A stretch of DNA of 64,000 bases from an uncultured Clostridia bacterium (GTDB taxonomy: Bacteria > Bacillota > Clostridia > TANB77 > CAG-508): contig CALXJU010000001.1 of assembly GCA_944388705.1 (NCBI GenBank), positions 14,674 to 78,673 of the forward strand, written 5' to 3'. The number at the start of each line of letters is the position of its first letter. Within the stretch, counting starts at the first letter, position 1. Below the pieces are notes generated by a model, which was not told the origin of the DNA, searched no databases, and saw nothing but the letters and a program-made list of their open reading frames with translations. Positions 1 to 9,862 of this stretch are shown in pieces. The translations under genes were made by a program, and so were the position numbers.

Positions 1-284
1 TTTGTTTCAATTAATCTTTTTAATTCGTTTGTAATTTTTAAACCGATTCCATGTCCTTGAAATTCGGGTTTTACACAAATGTCTGTTAAAACACAAACAA
101 TGCTATAATCACCAACAACTCTACCTATGCCAGCTAGTTTCCCATCAACAGTTGCTTTTACCATAAACATAGTATTTTTTAAAGCTTTTTCAACTTGTAA
201 CTTAGAATATGTATTCCAACCAACAGATTTTACCATTTCTAAAAATTCATTAATAGAAAAAGAGTAATCTAACTGTATATTCAT
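1..284 (-). CDS. GNAT family N-acetyltransferase (3' end runs off the window edge)
   Basis: Minus-strand ORF with ATG at 284 preceded by an AGGAGG RBS. The translation MNIQLDYSF...EFQGHGIGLKITNELKRL contains the GNAT acetyl-CoA motif Q/RGxGxG. Confidence 0.7.
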   Translation of the reverse strand, partial: MNIQLDYSFSINEFLEMVKSVGWNTYSKLQVEKALKNTMFMVKATVDGKLAGIGRVVGDYSIVCVLTDICVKPEFQGHGIGLKITNELKRLIET

Positions 285-294
285 ATGATACCTC

Positions 295-816
295 CTATAT
301 TTGTTTAGAAACAATCATATCTCTAATAATATAATCATTTTTTTCATAGAAATTTAATCCTTTTTTATTTGGACCAAAGACTTCAATATTGATTCTTTTA
401 CAATTAATACTTTTAAAGTATTCTTCCATTTTTTCTAATAAATTTTTTCCAACTCCTTGTCCACGTGCATCATTCCTTACTACTAATTCGAGTATAGCAC
501 CTGTTTTAGCACAATCATTTGTTAATTTGTCAATGTCATCCTTTTCTTCAACTATTCCTATAATTAGACCTATAAGAATGTTATTTTCTATAGATAAATA
601 AATTTTACCATTTTGCTGCATTACTTTTTGTTTATCAATTTTGAACATATTTTCTCTATATTCAGAAAGCAATATCTGCGTGTGCCAATTATCTATATCA
701 ATTAAATAGTTTTGCAATTCTACTAACAAGTCTTTAATTTGTTCATCATAAATTGAATCATATTCTATAATCATTGTAATCCTCCAATAATTAATATTTT
801 TTTCTAGTTTCTTCAA
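295..816 (-). CDS. GNAT family N-acetyltransferase
   Basis: 173-aa ORF carrying the GNAT motif VVRNDARGQGVGKNLL, in tandem with the upstream GNAT. Confidence 0.8.
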   Translation of the reverse strand: MKKLEKNINYWRITMIIEYDSIYDEQIKDLLVELQNYLIDIDNWHTQILLSEYRENMFKIDKQKVMQQNGKIYLSIENNILIGLIIGIVEEKDDIDKLTNDCAKTGAILELVVRNDARGQGVGKNLLEKMEEYFKSINCKRINIEVFGPNKKGLNFYEKNDYIIRDMIVSKQI

Positions 817-2002
817 GCCATTGCTTAAATTGTTCTTCAGTCTTTAATCCATTTTTAATATCTTGTTTAAATATATTTGCTTCTTCTTTCCACTTTTCAT
901 ATTTTTCTAAATACATTGGAATATCAGGATTTCTATTTGCTAACATCTTTTTCGCAGATAAAGTTTTTCTGTATAAAGCAGTTACTTCATTTTTTTTTAA
1001 TTTATCATTGTAAGTTATCATTGCTCCAATTTCTTGGCATGTTTTACCGTGTTCATATATATTATTGCAATATAGTGTATTTTTTTTTGAAGAAGGAATA
1101 AAGTATTTACCACAATTTTTACATACATATATTGGAGTATCATTTTTTATTAACTCTAAAAGAGTTATAAAACAAGCAGTCTCAATTGTATGGCAGTTAA
1201 AGCTGAAAGATAGGTAAATGTCATTATCATACTTTTTAGAATCACTTTTTAATTCTTTTGCAATAATTTTTGCATTTTCTTCAAGACTATTTTTGGCATG
1301 GCATAAAGAAGAAGGTGTTAGATTCTTTATGGGCTCTATATCGTACGAAAGAGTAATAAATTGACTTAATTCTAAATATAAATCAATATAATCATAATCC
1401 GCATATTTATAGATATAAAATCTATCAGCAATAGAAAAATCATTTAAATAATCTAAATTTGATAGGTTATTTATAAAATTAATTAATTTCTTAAATTCGG
1501 ATTGATATTTTATTAGAATTTTCTTTCGTTTTTCAAAAATTTTTTTGCAGACTATAATAAAATCATTTTCAGTTAAAAAAATATTTTTTTTATCATTAGC
1601 AATATTTAAATTGATATATTTATTAAATGGGTTGCTAGGTCCTTTGTTAACATCATAAAAGTCTATTCCTGGTATTCCATATTCACGTACAAACTCTATA
1701 AAGCAATTAAAATCAGTAAAATCATAATTTACAAATTTTAATAAAAGAGTTCCTAATTCATTTGCTTCGCTAACAAAATCAGATTTATATAATTTACAAA
1801 GACTATTAGAATAGTTAGAAAGATATTTTTTATATTCTTTTTTAGTTTTAAAGTCATCTTTTTCTTTTAGTATTGTGTATGAGTCATTATCTTTATTATA
1901 TGATGCATATACAATACTAAAAGAATCTCTTGTAAAAAATTCTTTATTGTTTGAGATACTCAATTTCATATAATAAATTGTAGACACAATATCAAACTTC
2001 AT
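791..2002 (-). CDS. hypothetical protein with C-terminal CxxC...C zinc-ribbon-like motif
   Basis: 403-aa ORF with motif VCKNCGKYF...YCNN...HGKTC. No family recognised. Confidence 0.5.
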   Translation of the reverse strand: MKFDIVSTIYYMKLSISNNKEFFTRDSFSIVYASYNKDNDSYTILKEKDDFKTKKEYKKYLSNYSNSLCKLYKSDFVSEANELGTLLLKFVNYDFTDFNCFIEFVREYGIPGIDFYDVNKGPSNPFNKYINLNIANDKKNIFLTENDFIIVCKKIFEKRKKILIKYQSEFKKLINFINNLSNLDYLNDFSIADRFYIYKYADYDYIDLYLELSQFITLSYDIEPIKNLTPSSLCHAKNSLEENAKIIAKELKSDSKKYDNDIYLSFSFNCHTIETACFITLLELIKNDTPIYVCKNCGKYFIPSSKKNTLYCNNIYEHGKTCQEIGAMITYNDKLKKNEVTALYRKTLSAKKMLANRNPDIPMYLEKYEKWKEEANIFKQDIKNGLKTEEQFKQWLEETRKKY

Positions 2003-2196
2003 ATAAGCCTCCTTGTTAACAATTACAAAAGAATAATAAATGTTGCTAATTTATATCATTTATCAATTTAACATATTGACTTACATAAAATTAGCAATTA
2101 AAATACAGTCAATAAACTTGTTAACAAGATTATACATAGTTAAATAAAAAAAGTCAATATAAAACCTTAAATTTATTTAACTAATGCGAATAGGAG

Positions 2197-2412
2197 GTGA
2201 TAATTATGTCAGTAGATAAAATACATAGAACTACTCTAACTGCAAAAGAGGCAGCAGAATATTTAGGAATATCATATTGGCTAATAACTCAATTAGTTAG
2301 AAGAAAACAAATTCCTTGTTCTAGAGTTGGAAAGAGAATTTTGTTTAGAAAAGAAGCTTTAGACATTTATTTGAGCAAAAAAGAAAATGATTCATTATTA
2401 GAATCTAACTAG
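2197..2412 (+). CDS. excisionase/MerR-type helix-turn-helix DNA-binding protein (mobile-element Xis-like)
   Basis: 71-aa ORF; LTAKEAAEYLGISYWLITQLVRRKQIPCSRVGKRILFRKEALDIYL matches the excisionase-family HTH; GGAGGT RBS. Confidence 0.7.
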   Translation: MIIMSVDKIHRTTLTAKEAAEYLGISYWLITQLVRRKQIPCSRVGKRILFRKEALDIYLSKKENDSLLESN

Positions 2413-2426
2413 AAAGAAGGGAGGAC

Positions 2427-2912
2427 ATGGAAAAAGTCAGATGGATAAAATTAAGCACAGATATATTCTCTAATAGAAAAATTAAAATCTTACTAAAAGA
2501 AAGGGATGGGGACACCTATTTTAGAATGTGGATTCAAATTTTAACTATTGCTGGAGAATGCAACAGAGGTGGAGGACTATATATTAGTGACGATTCACCA
2601 TTTAAAATCGAAGATTTTACAAACATTATCGGAAAATCTTCCAAAACTTTTACGAAAGTTTTACAAAAATTTGTAGATTTGGGCATGCTAATTTATAAGG
2701 ATGATACATACTTTGTGAAGAACTGGAATAGGTATCAAAGTACTGAAAAATTCAACAAAATTATAAAATCAGCTAAAGTAATTGAAGAGAATGAAAATGA
2801 AAAAAGTTCTGAAAATGAGACTATAGATAAGATAAGAAAAGATAAGACTATAATAGAAGAGAAAAGAAAGGAGAAAGAAATAGATGAATCAAATTTTGAA
2901 ACCCTCGTTTGA
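2427..2912 (+). CDS. phage replisome organizer N-terminal domain protein (DnaD-like)
   Basis: The N-terminus MEKVRWIKLSTDIFSNRKIKILL...TYFRMWIQILTIAGECNRGG is typical of phage replisome organizer proteins. Confidence 0.7.
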   Translation: MEKVRWIKLSTDIFSNRKIKILLKERDGDTYFRMWIQILTIAGECNRGGGLYISDDSPFKIEDFTNIIGKSSKTFTKVLQKFVDLGMLIYKDDTYFVKNWNRYQSTEKFNKIIKSAKVIEENENEKSSENETIDKIRKDKTIIEEKRKEKEIDESNFETLV

Positions 2913-3753
2913 TAAAAATGATTATATTGAGTGTGAATACTGTAAAAAGAAATTATACAGAAAAACAATAGAATGGCAATTATATGGTAATAAAAAAGTA
3001 TTAGCACTAGATTATGAAAGATGTAATTGTAAAAAAGCCAAACTTTATTGGAATGAATATGATTTAAAAAAATTAAAGATGTTAGAAGAAGAAAGAAAAC
3101 TAAAGTTAATGCAAGAATTTGCACAAAAAGTGGACAAGATAATAAAAAATAGTAAGATGAGTAAAAGAAGTCTGAATTATAAATTTGAAAACTTTGAAGT
3201 GAATTCAAACAATAAAAAAGTGTATCAGAGTTTAAAAGATTATAGTGAAAGATTTGTTAATTTAGAAGAAAGAAAAGGACTAATTTTAACAGGAAATAAT
3301 GGAGTTGGAAAAACACATTTAGCTTGTAGTATTGCAAATGAATTAATAAAAAATGGAATACCAATTATATATGGAACACTCATTAATTTATTAGCAGAAT
3401 TAAAGAATACTTATGATAATGATAATAATATTTCAGAAATGGAAATTATCAAATTATATGAAAAAGTTGATTTGCTAGTAATTGATGATTTAGGGAAAGA
3501 AAAGCCAAGTGAATGGGGATTAGAAAAATTATTTACTATAATAAATAGCAGATATGAAAATAATTTACCAGTAATTATAACAACAAATTATGATCAAAAT
3601 TCTTTGATAAATAGGCTAAGTATTAATGGAGAAATCGAAACAGTAAAGTCCATTATTTCAAGATTATATGAGATGTGCTACTTAGTAAAAATTAATGATA
3701 TAGATCATAGAATTAAAAAGAAAAAAGTTAGTAATTGCACCAACAATTGCTAA
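2884..3753 (+). CDS. DnaC/IstB-like AAA ATPase (replicative helicase loader) with N-terminal Cys-rich region
   Basis: Walker A LILTGNNGVGKTHLA and Walker B LLVIDDLGKE, plus NNLPVIITTNY. The 5' end overlaps the organizer gene. Confidence 0.8.
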   Translation: MNQILKPSFDKNDYIECEYCKKKLYRKTIEWQLYGNKKVLALDYERCNCKKAKLYWNEYDLKKLKMLEEERKLKLMQEFAQKVDKIIKNSKMSKRSLNYKFENFEVNSNNKKVYQSLKDYSERFVNLEERKGLILTGNNGVGKTHLACSIANELIKNGIPIIYGTLINLLAELKNTYDNDNNISEMEIIKLYEKVDLLVIDDLGKEKPSEWGLEKLFTIINSRYENNLPVIITTNYDQNSLINRLSINGEIETVKSIISRLYEMCYLVKINDIDHRIKKKKVSNCTNNC

Positions 3754-4128
3754 CTAAAAAATGTTATTTTTTAAATATTTTCTAGAAAAATTATAATTTA
3801 TTTTTGCAAAAAAGTAAATAAAAATTTACAAAAAAATTAGGACAGGTAGGTATAAAATTTTTAATAAACTGTCCTAATTTTTGTTAAAATAAAACATAAA
3901 AATAAATAAAAAAATATCCCTCGGAGAGCAAAAAGGGTATTAGGGCATTTTGCCCTAAACAGCAAAAAGGGTGTCAAGACACCAGGCTGGCGAATATTGG
4001 GCAGGAATAAATACCTACAATATTCGGAGCAAAAAATTTGCTCTTGATTTTCTGAAAATAGCTTTTGCTATTTCAGAAAATACAAATAATAAATTTAACA
4101 AAATGTAGAAAGAGAGAAAGTGATATTA

Positions 4129-4748
4129 TGAGAGTTGTAATGAATGAATTTGATAAAATATTTTTATCTTATAAAAAAATATTAAATAAATTTAAAATGT
4201 TAAATATAAAAACTAAAAACGGAAAAGAAATAACACATAAAGACTTAAGATATGCAGTATATGTAATGCTAAAAAAACATCCAACCTGTAGATGGAGAAG
4301 TGAAAAAATATTAAGCAGAAGATATTATATCCTAGATGAAGGATATAAATGGTTAAGATATGTGTATTTTCAAAACGAGAAAAAGCAAATAGATGCTGAT
4401 GTAGATTTTTTTGAAAACAGAATCAAACAATATGAAGAATTGTTAAAAGTAAAGCATAATGAAAATTGGTGGAATGAAGATATGACAATAAAACAATTAG
4501 AAGAATATTTTAATAAATCAAATTCAAGCATTAAAAAGGCAATTAGGAAAATGTGTGATAGTGGTTTTTATGATTATAAATATTTTGATAATAATAAAGT
4601 TATTATTTCTAGTGAAGGTGTTAAATGGTTATGCAAAAATATTTTTAAACAGAAGTATTTAGAGTTATTAGAAAAGTATAAGATGGAGTTAACTGAAATG
4701 TATATTAAAGCTGGATATATTTATGATGAGTTCTTTGGGATGAATTAA
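4129..4748 (+). CDS. hypothetical protein
   Basis: Open frame 4065-4748; ATG at 4129 has the best RBS (GAAAGAGAGAAAG). No recognisable domain. Confidence 0.45.
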
Positions 4749-4848
4749 AAAGGATAAAAATGTAAAAAAATAAGAGAATTTGTTGAGAAATAAATTATTT
4801 TGTGATATATAATATAATAGAAAAGTATAGATAAATGGGGGCAATAAA

Positions 4849-6369
4849 ATGGCAAAAAAAGAATCAAGTACAACACTTGGATATGAGGATAAATTATGGC
4901 AAGCAGCGGACAAGTTAAGAGGTAGTATGGATGCGGCAGAATATAAGCATGTTGTGCTAGGGCTAATATTTTTGAAATATGTATCTGATGCTTTTGAAAC
5001 TAGACAGAAACAATTAGAAAAGGAAGAACTTGCGGATCCAGAAGACAAAGACGAGTATATTTCTGAAAATGTATTTTGGGTTCCAAAAGAAGCAAGATGG
5101 GAAGAAATATTAAAGCATGCAAATACACCAGAGATAGGTCAGATTATAGATAGAGCAATGGAAGCTATCGAAAAAGAAAACCCAAGATTAAAGAATGTAT
5201 TAAATAAAAATTATGCTAGACCAGAATTAGATAAAACAAGATTAGGTGAATTAGTTACACTATTTACAAATTTAGAAATAGGGACAGATAAAGCAAAAGA
5301 AATAGATATGTTAGGGAGAGTATATGAATATTTCTTGAGTAAATTTGCATCCGCAGAAGGAAAAAATGGTGGAGAGTTCTATACTCCAGCATGTATAGTA
5401 AAAACCTTGGTATCCATGATTGAACCATTTAATGGAAAGGTATATGATCCTTGCTGTGGTTCTGGAGGAATGTTTGTTCAATCTTATAAATTTGTAAAAG
5501 AACATCAAGGAAATTTAAGAGATGTGTCAATATATGGGCAAGAAAGAAACCCTACCACTTGGAAATTAGCTAAAATGAATTTAGCGATTAGGCAAGTTGA
5601 TGGAAATTTAGGAGATAGGAATGCAGATACATTTTTTAATGATTTGCATAAAACTCTAAAAGCAGATTATATACTTGCTAATCCGCCATTTAATATTTCT
5701 GATTGGGGTGGAGATAAACTAAAGGAAGATATAAGATGGAAATATGGTGTACCACCAGTAGGAAATGCTAATTATGCATGGTTACAACACATGATTCATC
5801 ACTTGAATCCAGAAACTGGAGTTGCAGGTACAGTTTTAGCCAATGGAGCATTGGCAAGCGATTCTAGTGGTGAAGGTGAGATTAGAAAGAATATGATTGA
5901 AGGTAGAATAATTGAATGTATAGTGGCTATGCCAAGTCAATTATTTTATGCTACAGGTATTCCTTGTTCTTTATGGATAATGAGAAAAAATAGAGATGAA
6001 AGCACAAAAGATAAGATTTTATTTATTGACGCAAGAAATTTAGGAACAATGGTAGATAGAAAAGTAAAAGAACTTACAGATGAAGATATTAATAAAATTG
6101 CTAGTACATATCATAATTGGAGAAAAAATGAGGACTATGAGGATGAATTAGGCTTTTGTAAATCTGCAACAATAGAAGAAGTAAAAGAAAATGATTATGC
6201 ATTAACTCCTGGAAGATATGTAGGTACACCAGAAGAAGAGGATGATGGAATACCATTTGAAGAAAAGATGAAGAAATTAACTGACGAATTATCTAAACAA
6301 TTAAAAGAAGAAGAAGCTCTTAATGTAGAGTTAAAAAAAGTGTTGGGAGCGATTGGATATGAAATTTAA
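4849..6369 (+). CDS. hsdM: Type I restriction-modification system DNA methyltransferase subunit M
   Basis: HsdM N-terminal signature [32 protein letters not shown] motif [10 protein letters not shown], catalytic NPPF in [12 protein letters not shown]. Confidence 0.95.
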   Translation: MAKKESSTTLGYEDKLWQAADKLRGSMDAAEYKHVVLGLIFLKYVSDAFETRQKQLEKEELADPEDKDEYISENVFWVPKEARWEEILKHANTPEIGQIIDRAMEAIEKENPRLKNVLNKNYARPELDKTRLGELVTLFTNLEIGTDKAKEIDMLGRVYEYFLSKFASAEGKNGGEFYTPACIVKTLVSMIEPFNGKVYDPCCGSGGMFVQSYKFVKEHQGNLRDVSIYGQERNPTTWKLAKMNLAIRQVDGNLGDRNADTFFNDLHKTLKADYILANPPFNISDWGGDKLKEDIRWKYGVPPVGNANYAWLQHMIHHLNPETGVAGTVLANGALASDSSGEGEIRKNMIEGRIIECIVAMPSQLFYATGIPCSLWIMRKNRDESTKDKILFIDARNLGTMVDRKVKELTDEDINKIASTYHNWRKNEDYEDELGFCKSATIEEVKENDYALTPGRYVGTPEEEDDGIPFEEKMKKLTDELSKQLKEEEALNVELKKVLGAIGYEI

Positions 6370-6901
6370 TATGGTAAAAGCAAGTGAGTTTTGTGATTCA
6401 GTTAGAGATGGAACACATGATTCTCCCAAAAGAGTAAATAAAGGTTATAAGTTAATTACATCGAAACATATAAAAGAATATGGATTAGACTTAGAAAATG
6501 CTTATCATATATCTGAAAAAGATTTTAATAAAATAAATGAAAGAAGCTTAGTTGAAAAGAATGATATTTTGTATAGTATGATAGGAACAGTTGGGCTTAT
6601 TCATAGAATAGGCTATGAGCCTAATTATGCAATTAAAAATATAGGATTATTTAAGTTGAATGATGAAATAAAAAGTAAGTGGTTATATTATTACCTTAAA
6701 AGCCCTAAAATGAAATCTTATATTAATTCATTATTATCTGGTAGTACTCAACAATATATTACACTAAACAACCTAAGAAACTTACCAATAGCAATACCAG
6801 AAAATTATATTGATATGATTAAAATAATTAAAATTTTAGAGTTACTAGAAAAAAAGATTAATATAAATGCTCAAACAAATAATAATTTGTTAGTTGCTTA
6901 A
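6353..6901 (+). pseudogene. hsdS: Type I RM specificity subunit, 5' part (TRD1 plus central conserved region), ended by an in-frame stop inside a 46-bp insertion
   Basis: Start overlaps hsdM stop. The conserved central motif ILELLEKKININAQTNNNL is followed by LVA-stop. The homologous full-length copy at 8641 reads straight through (TNNNLYEIGKALYQEY). Confidence 0.75.
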
Positions 6902-6932
6902 AATTTTATAAATCAATTAGATAAATAATAAT

Positions 6933-7568
6933 TTGTATGAAATAGGAAGAGCTTATTTTGAAAATTATTTAGAAAGTTGTAAAGAAGAAATTAGTATAAA
7001 AGAAGTAGCTAATGAAATATTAGACTATCATAAATCTAAAGAGAAAAAAGTTAAACTAATAAATAGTAGTGATATAACAGAAAATAATTTCCCAGAATTT
7101 GAATTTGTTGATAATTGCAATTTAAAAGGACATTTCAAGAAGAGATTTAGAAAATATGATATATTATATTCTCAAATAAGGCCTAGAAACCATCATTTTG
7201 GATATGTTCTTTTTGGAAATACTGAAGAATATATTGCTTCAACAAGACTGATGGTTGTTAGAGCTAAAGAAGAGAAAATTTCAAGTTCATTACTATATTA
7301 CTATTTAACATCAAAAGAAGCAATAGAAGATTTTACAACAAAAACTGAAACTAGATCAGGAACTTTCCCACAAGGAAATTATGGGGATCTTTCAAGTTTT
7401 AAAATAAAATATAATAAAAATCAAGAAAATATAACGAATGTTTTAAACATTGTTTTAAATAGAATATATTCAAATCAATTAAAAACTAAAAATTTAGAAA
7501 AAATTAGAGATGCACTACTACCAAAACTAATGAATGGCGAAATAGACCTAGACAAAATAGAAATTTAG
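6933..7568 (+). pseudogene. hsdS: Type I RM specificity subunit, 3' part (central repeat remainder plus TRD2 plus C-terminal conserved region)
   Basis: Begins MYEIGRAYFENYLE, which continues the broken central repeat. Ends IRDALLPKLMNGEIDLDKIEI, identical to the C-terminus of the hsdS at 8641-9816. Confidence 0.75.
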
Positions 7569-7630
7569 TCATACAAATTGTTATTTGTTAACATAAATAG
7601 TATAATATTGCTTGGGAGGAATGATATTAT

Positions 7631-8632
7631 ATGGAAAAGGAAGAGATGATTTTAACAATAACAAATGAAATGTCTAATAATTTAACTAATTATCAGCTTG
7701 AATTATTAAAAAATGTACTAATAATAAAATTCCAAAATATTGAAATTACAGTATTGACTGATGAAATAAAGAAAAAGGAAGAACAGAATACTAACGAAAA
7801 ATTTATAAATTCCTTTTTATCTGCAAAAGAAATTGAAGGATGCTCTCAAAGGACGATATCTTATTATAAAGAAAACATACAACGTTTAATATCTAAATTA
7901 GAAAAGCCTATTAAGGGGATTACTACTGAAGATATAAGAAATTATCTTTCAAATTACAAGGAAACAAATAATTGTGGTAGTGTGACAATTGATAACATTA
8001 GAAGAGTATTTTCTAGTTTCTTTGCTTGGTTAGAGGATGAAGATTATATTATTAAAAGTCCTGTAAGAAGAATTCATAAAGTTAAGGCTGCATCGATAAT
8101 TAAAGAAACTTTTACAGATGAGAATATAGAAAAAATGAGAGATGAATGTAAAAATATTAGAAATTTAGCTATAATTGAATTATTAATATCTACAGGAATG
8201 AGAGTTGGAGAATTAGTTAATTTAAATATAGAAGATATAAATTTTGAAGATAGATCTTGTATTGTTCAAGGGAAAGGTAATAAGCAAAGAGAAGTATATT
8301 TTGATGCAAGAACAAAAATACATTTAATGCAGTATCTAAACATAAGAAAAGATGACAACAAAGCTTTATTTGTATCTAAAAATAAACCACATCAGAGGTT
8401 ATCAATTTCAGGAATCGAGCTAATTGTTAGAAAAATAGGAGTTAAAACGGATGTAAATAGAGTTCATCCTCATAAGTTTAGGAGAACATTAGCTACTATG
8501 GCAATAGACAAAGGAATGCCAATAGAACAAGTTCAGAAACTACTAGGACATGTAAAAATAGAGACAACAATGCATTATGCAATGGTAAATCAAAATAATG
8601 TAAAAATATCGCACAGAAAATATATAGGATAG
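7631..8632 (+). CDS. tyrosine site-specific recombinase (XerC/XerD/phage-integrase family)
   Basis: C-terminal catalytic motifs HPHKFRRTLATMAIDKGMPIEQVQKLLGHVKIETTMHYA (R...HxxR...Y). Embedded between two hsdS genes. Confidence 0.9.
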   Translation: MEKEEMILTITNEMSNNLTNYQLELLKNVLIIKFQNIEITVLTDEIKKKEEQNTNEKFINSFLSAKEIEGCSQRTISYYKENIQRLISKLEKPIKGITTEDIRNYLSNYKETNNCGSVTIDNIRRVFSSFFAWLEDEDYIIKSPVRRIHKVKAASIIKETFTDENIEKMRDECKNIRNLAIIELLISTGMRVGELVNLNIEDINFEDRSCIVQGKGNKQREVYFDARTKIHLMQYLNIRKDDNKALFVSKNKPHQRLSISGIELIVRKIGVKTDVNRVHPHKFRRTLATMAIDKGMPIEQVQKLLGHVKIETTMHYAMVNQNNVKISHRKYIG

Positions 8633-8640
8633 GAGGAAGA

Positions 8641-9816
8641 ATGAAGCTAGTTAAGTTAAGTGATATATCAAATAAGATTACAAAAGGAACAACTCCACAA
8701 AAGGAAGCATTTCAGGGAAAAGAAGTTAATTATATTAAATCTGAAAGCTTAAATTATAATGGACATATAGATATTAATTCTTTTTGTAGCATTGATATGG
8801 CAACACATAAATCAAAATTAAAGAGGTCAATTTTAAAAGAAAATGATATTCTTATATCTATTGCAGGAGCAAATTTGGGGAAAATAGGTATAGTAAGTAA
8901 AGATATGCTTCCTGCCAATACTAATCAGGCAGTGGGAATAATATCTTTAAAGCCTAATTTAGTTAAAAGTAGATATGTTTACTATTATATGCAGCAAATT
9001 AGAATAAGAAATATTATAAATAACTCTGTTGCACAGTCGGCACAACCAAACCTAAATCTTACACAATTAGGAAATATTAAAATTGAACTTCCTCAATTAA
9101 ATATACAAGACAAAATTATAAAAATATTAGATATTATATCAAAAAAAATAGACTTAAATATACGTACAAATAATAATTTGTACGAAATAGGAAAAGCACT
9201 TTATCAAGAGTATCTTGAAAATGAAGAATATACAAATAATTATGAAATAAGACAATTAAGCGAGATAACAACTAATAACAGAAATAAGATAGATCAAACT
9301 AAAGAATATAAAGTCTTATCTGCTGTTAATACTGGTAATCTAGTATTATCTGATGATTATTTTGATAAACAAGTTTATAGTAAAGACATAGGAAAATACT
9401 TAAATGTTAATAAAAATGACTTTGCTTATAATCCTGCGAGAATAAATATAGGTTCAATAGGATTAAATACTTTTGATTTTAACTGTTGTGTAAGTCCTGT
9501 ATATGTTACATTTTCAGTAGATAAAGATTATATAGATTTCTTTGATTTCTATTTTAAATCTAAAAGATTTAATGCTGAAGTAACATTAAGAGCTTCTGGC
9601 TCAGTTAGACAAGCTTTAAATTATAATGATTTTGGAATGATAGAAATACCATATCCGACAAAAGAAATGATTGAAAAATTTAATAGTTCATACAAAACAA
9701 TAAAGGAAAGAATCAATATAAATAAAACTAAAATAAGCAATTTAGAACAACTTAGAGATACACTACTACCAAAACTAATGAATGGCGAAATAGACCTAGA
9801 CAAAATAGAAATTTAG
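8641..9816 (+). CDS. hsdS: Type I RM specificity subunit, intact two-TRD copy
   Basis: 391 aa with two different target-recognition domains, a central repeat KILDIISKKIDLNIRTNNNLYEIGKALYQEYLE and a C-terminal repeat LRDTLLPKLMNGEIDLDKIEI. Confidence 0.9.
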   Translation: MKLVKLSDISNKITKGTTPQKEAFQGKEVNYIKSESLNYNGHIDINSFCSIDMATHKSKLKRSILKENDILISIAGANLGKIGIVSKDMLPANTNQAVGIISLKPNLVKSRYVYYYMQQIRIRNIINNSVAQSAQPNLNLTQLGNIKIELPQLNIQDKIIKILDIISKKIDLNIRTNNNLYEIGKALYQEYLENEEYTNNYEIRQLSEITTNNRNKIDQTKEYKVLSAVNTGNLVLSDDYFDKQVYSKDIGKYLNVNKNDFAYNPARINIGSIGLNTFDFNCCVSPVYVTFSVDKDYIDFFDFYFKSKRFNAEVTLRASGSVRQALNYNDFGMIEIPYPTKEMIEKFNSSYKTIKERININKTKISNLEQLRDTLLPKLMNGEIDLDKIEI

Positions 9817-9862
9817 TCATACAAATTGTTATTTGTAAAATAAATAGAGAGGAATGAAAGAT

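Noticed and set aside
389-601. Plus-strand 70-aa ORF inside the GNAT gene, and similar short internal ORFs (877-1101, 4689-5048, 9621-9803).
   Set aside because: They are fully embedded in the opposite-strand or same-locus conserved genes, with no start context.
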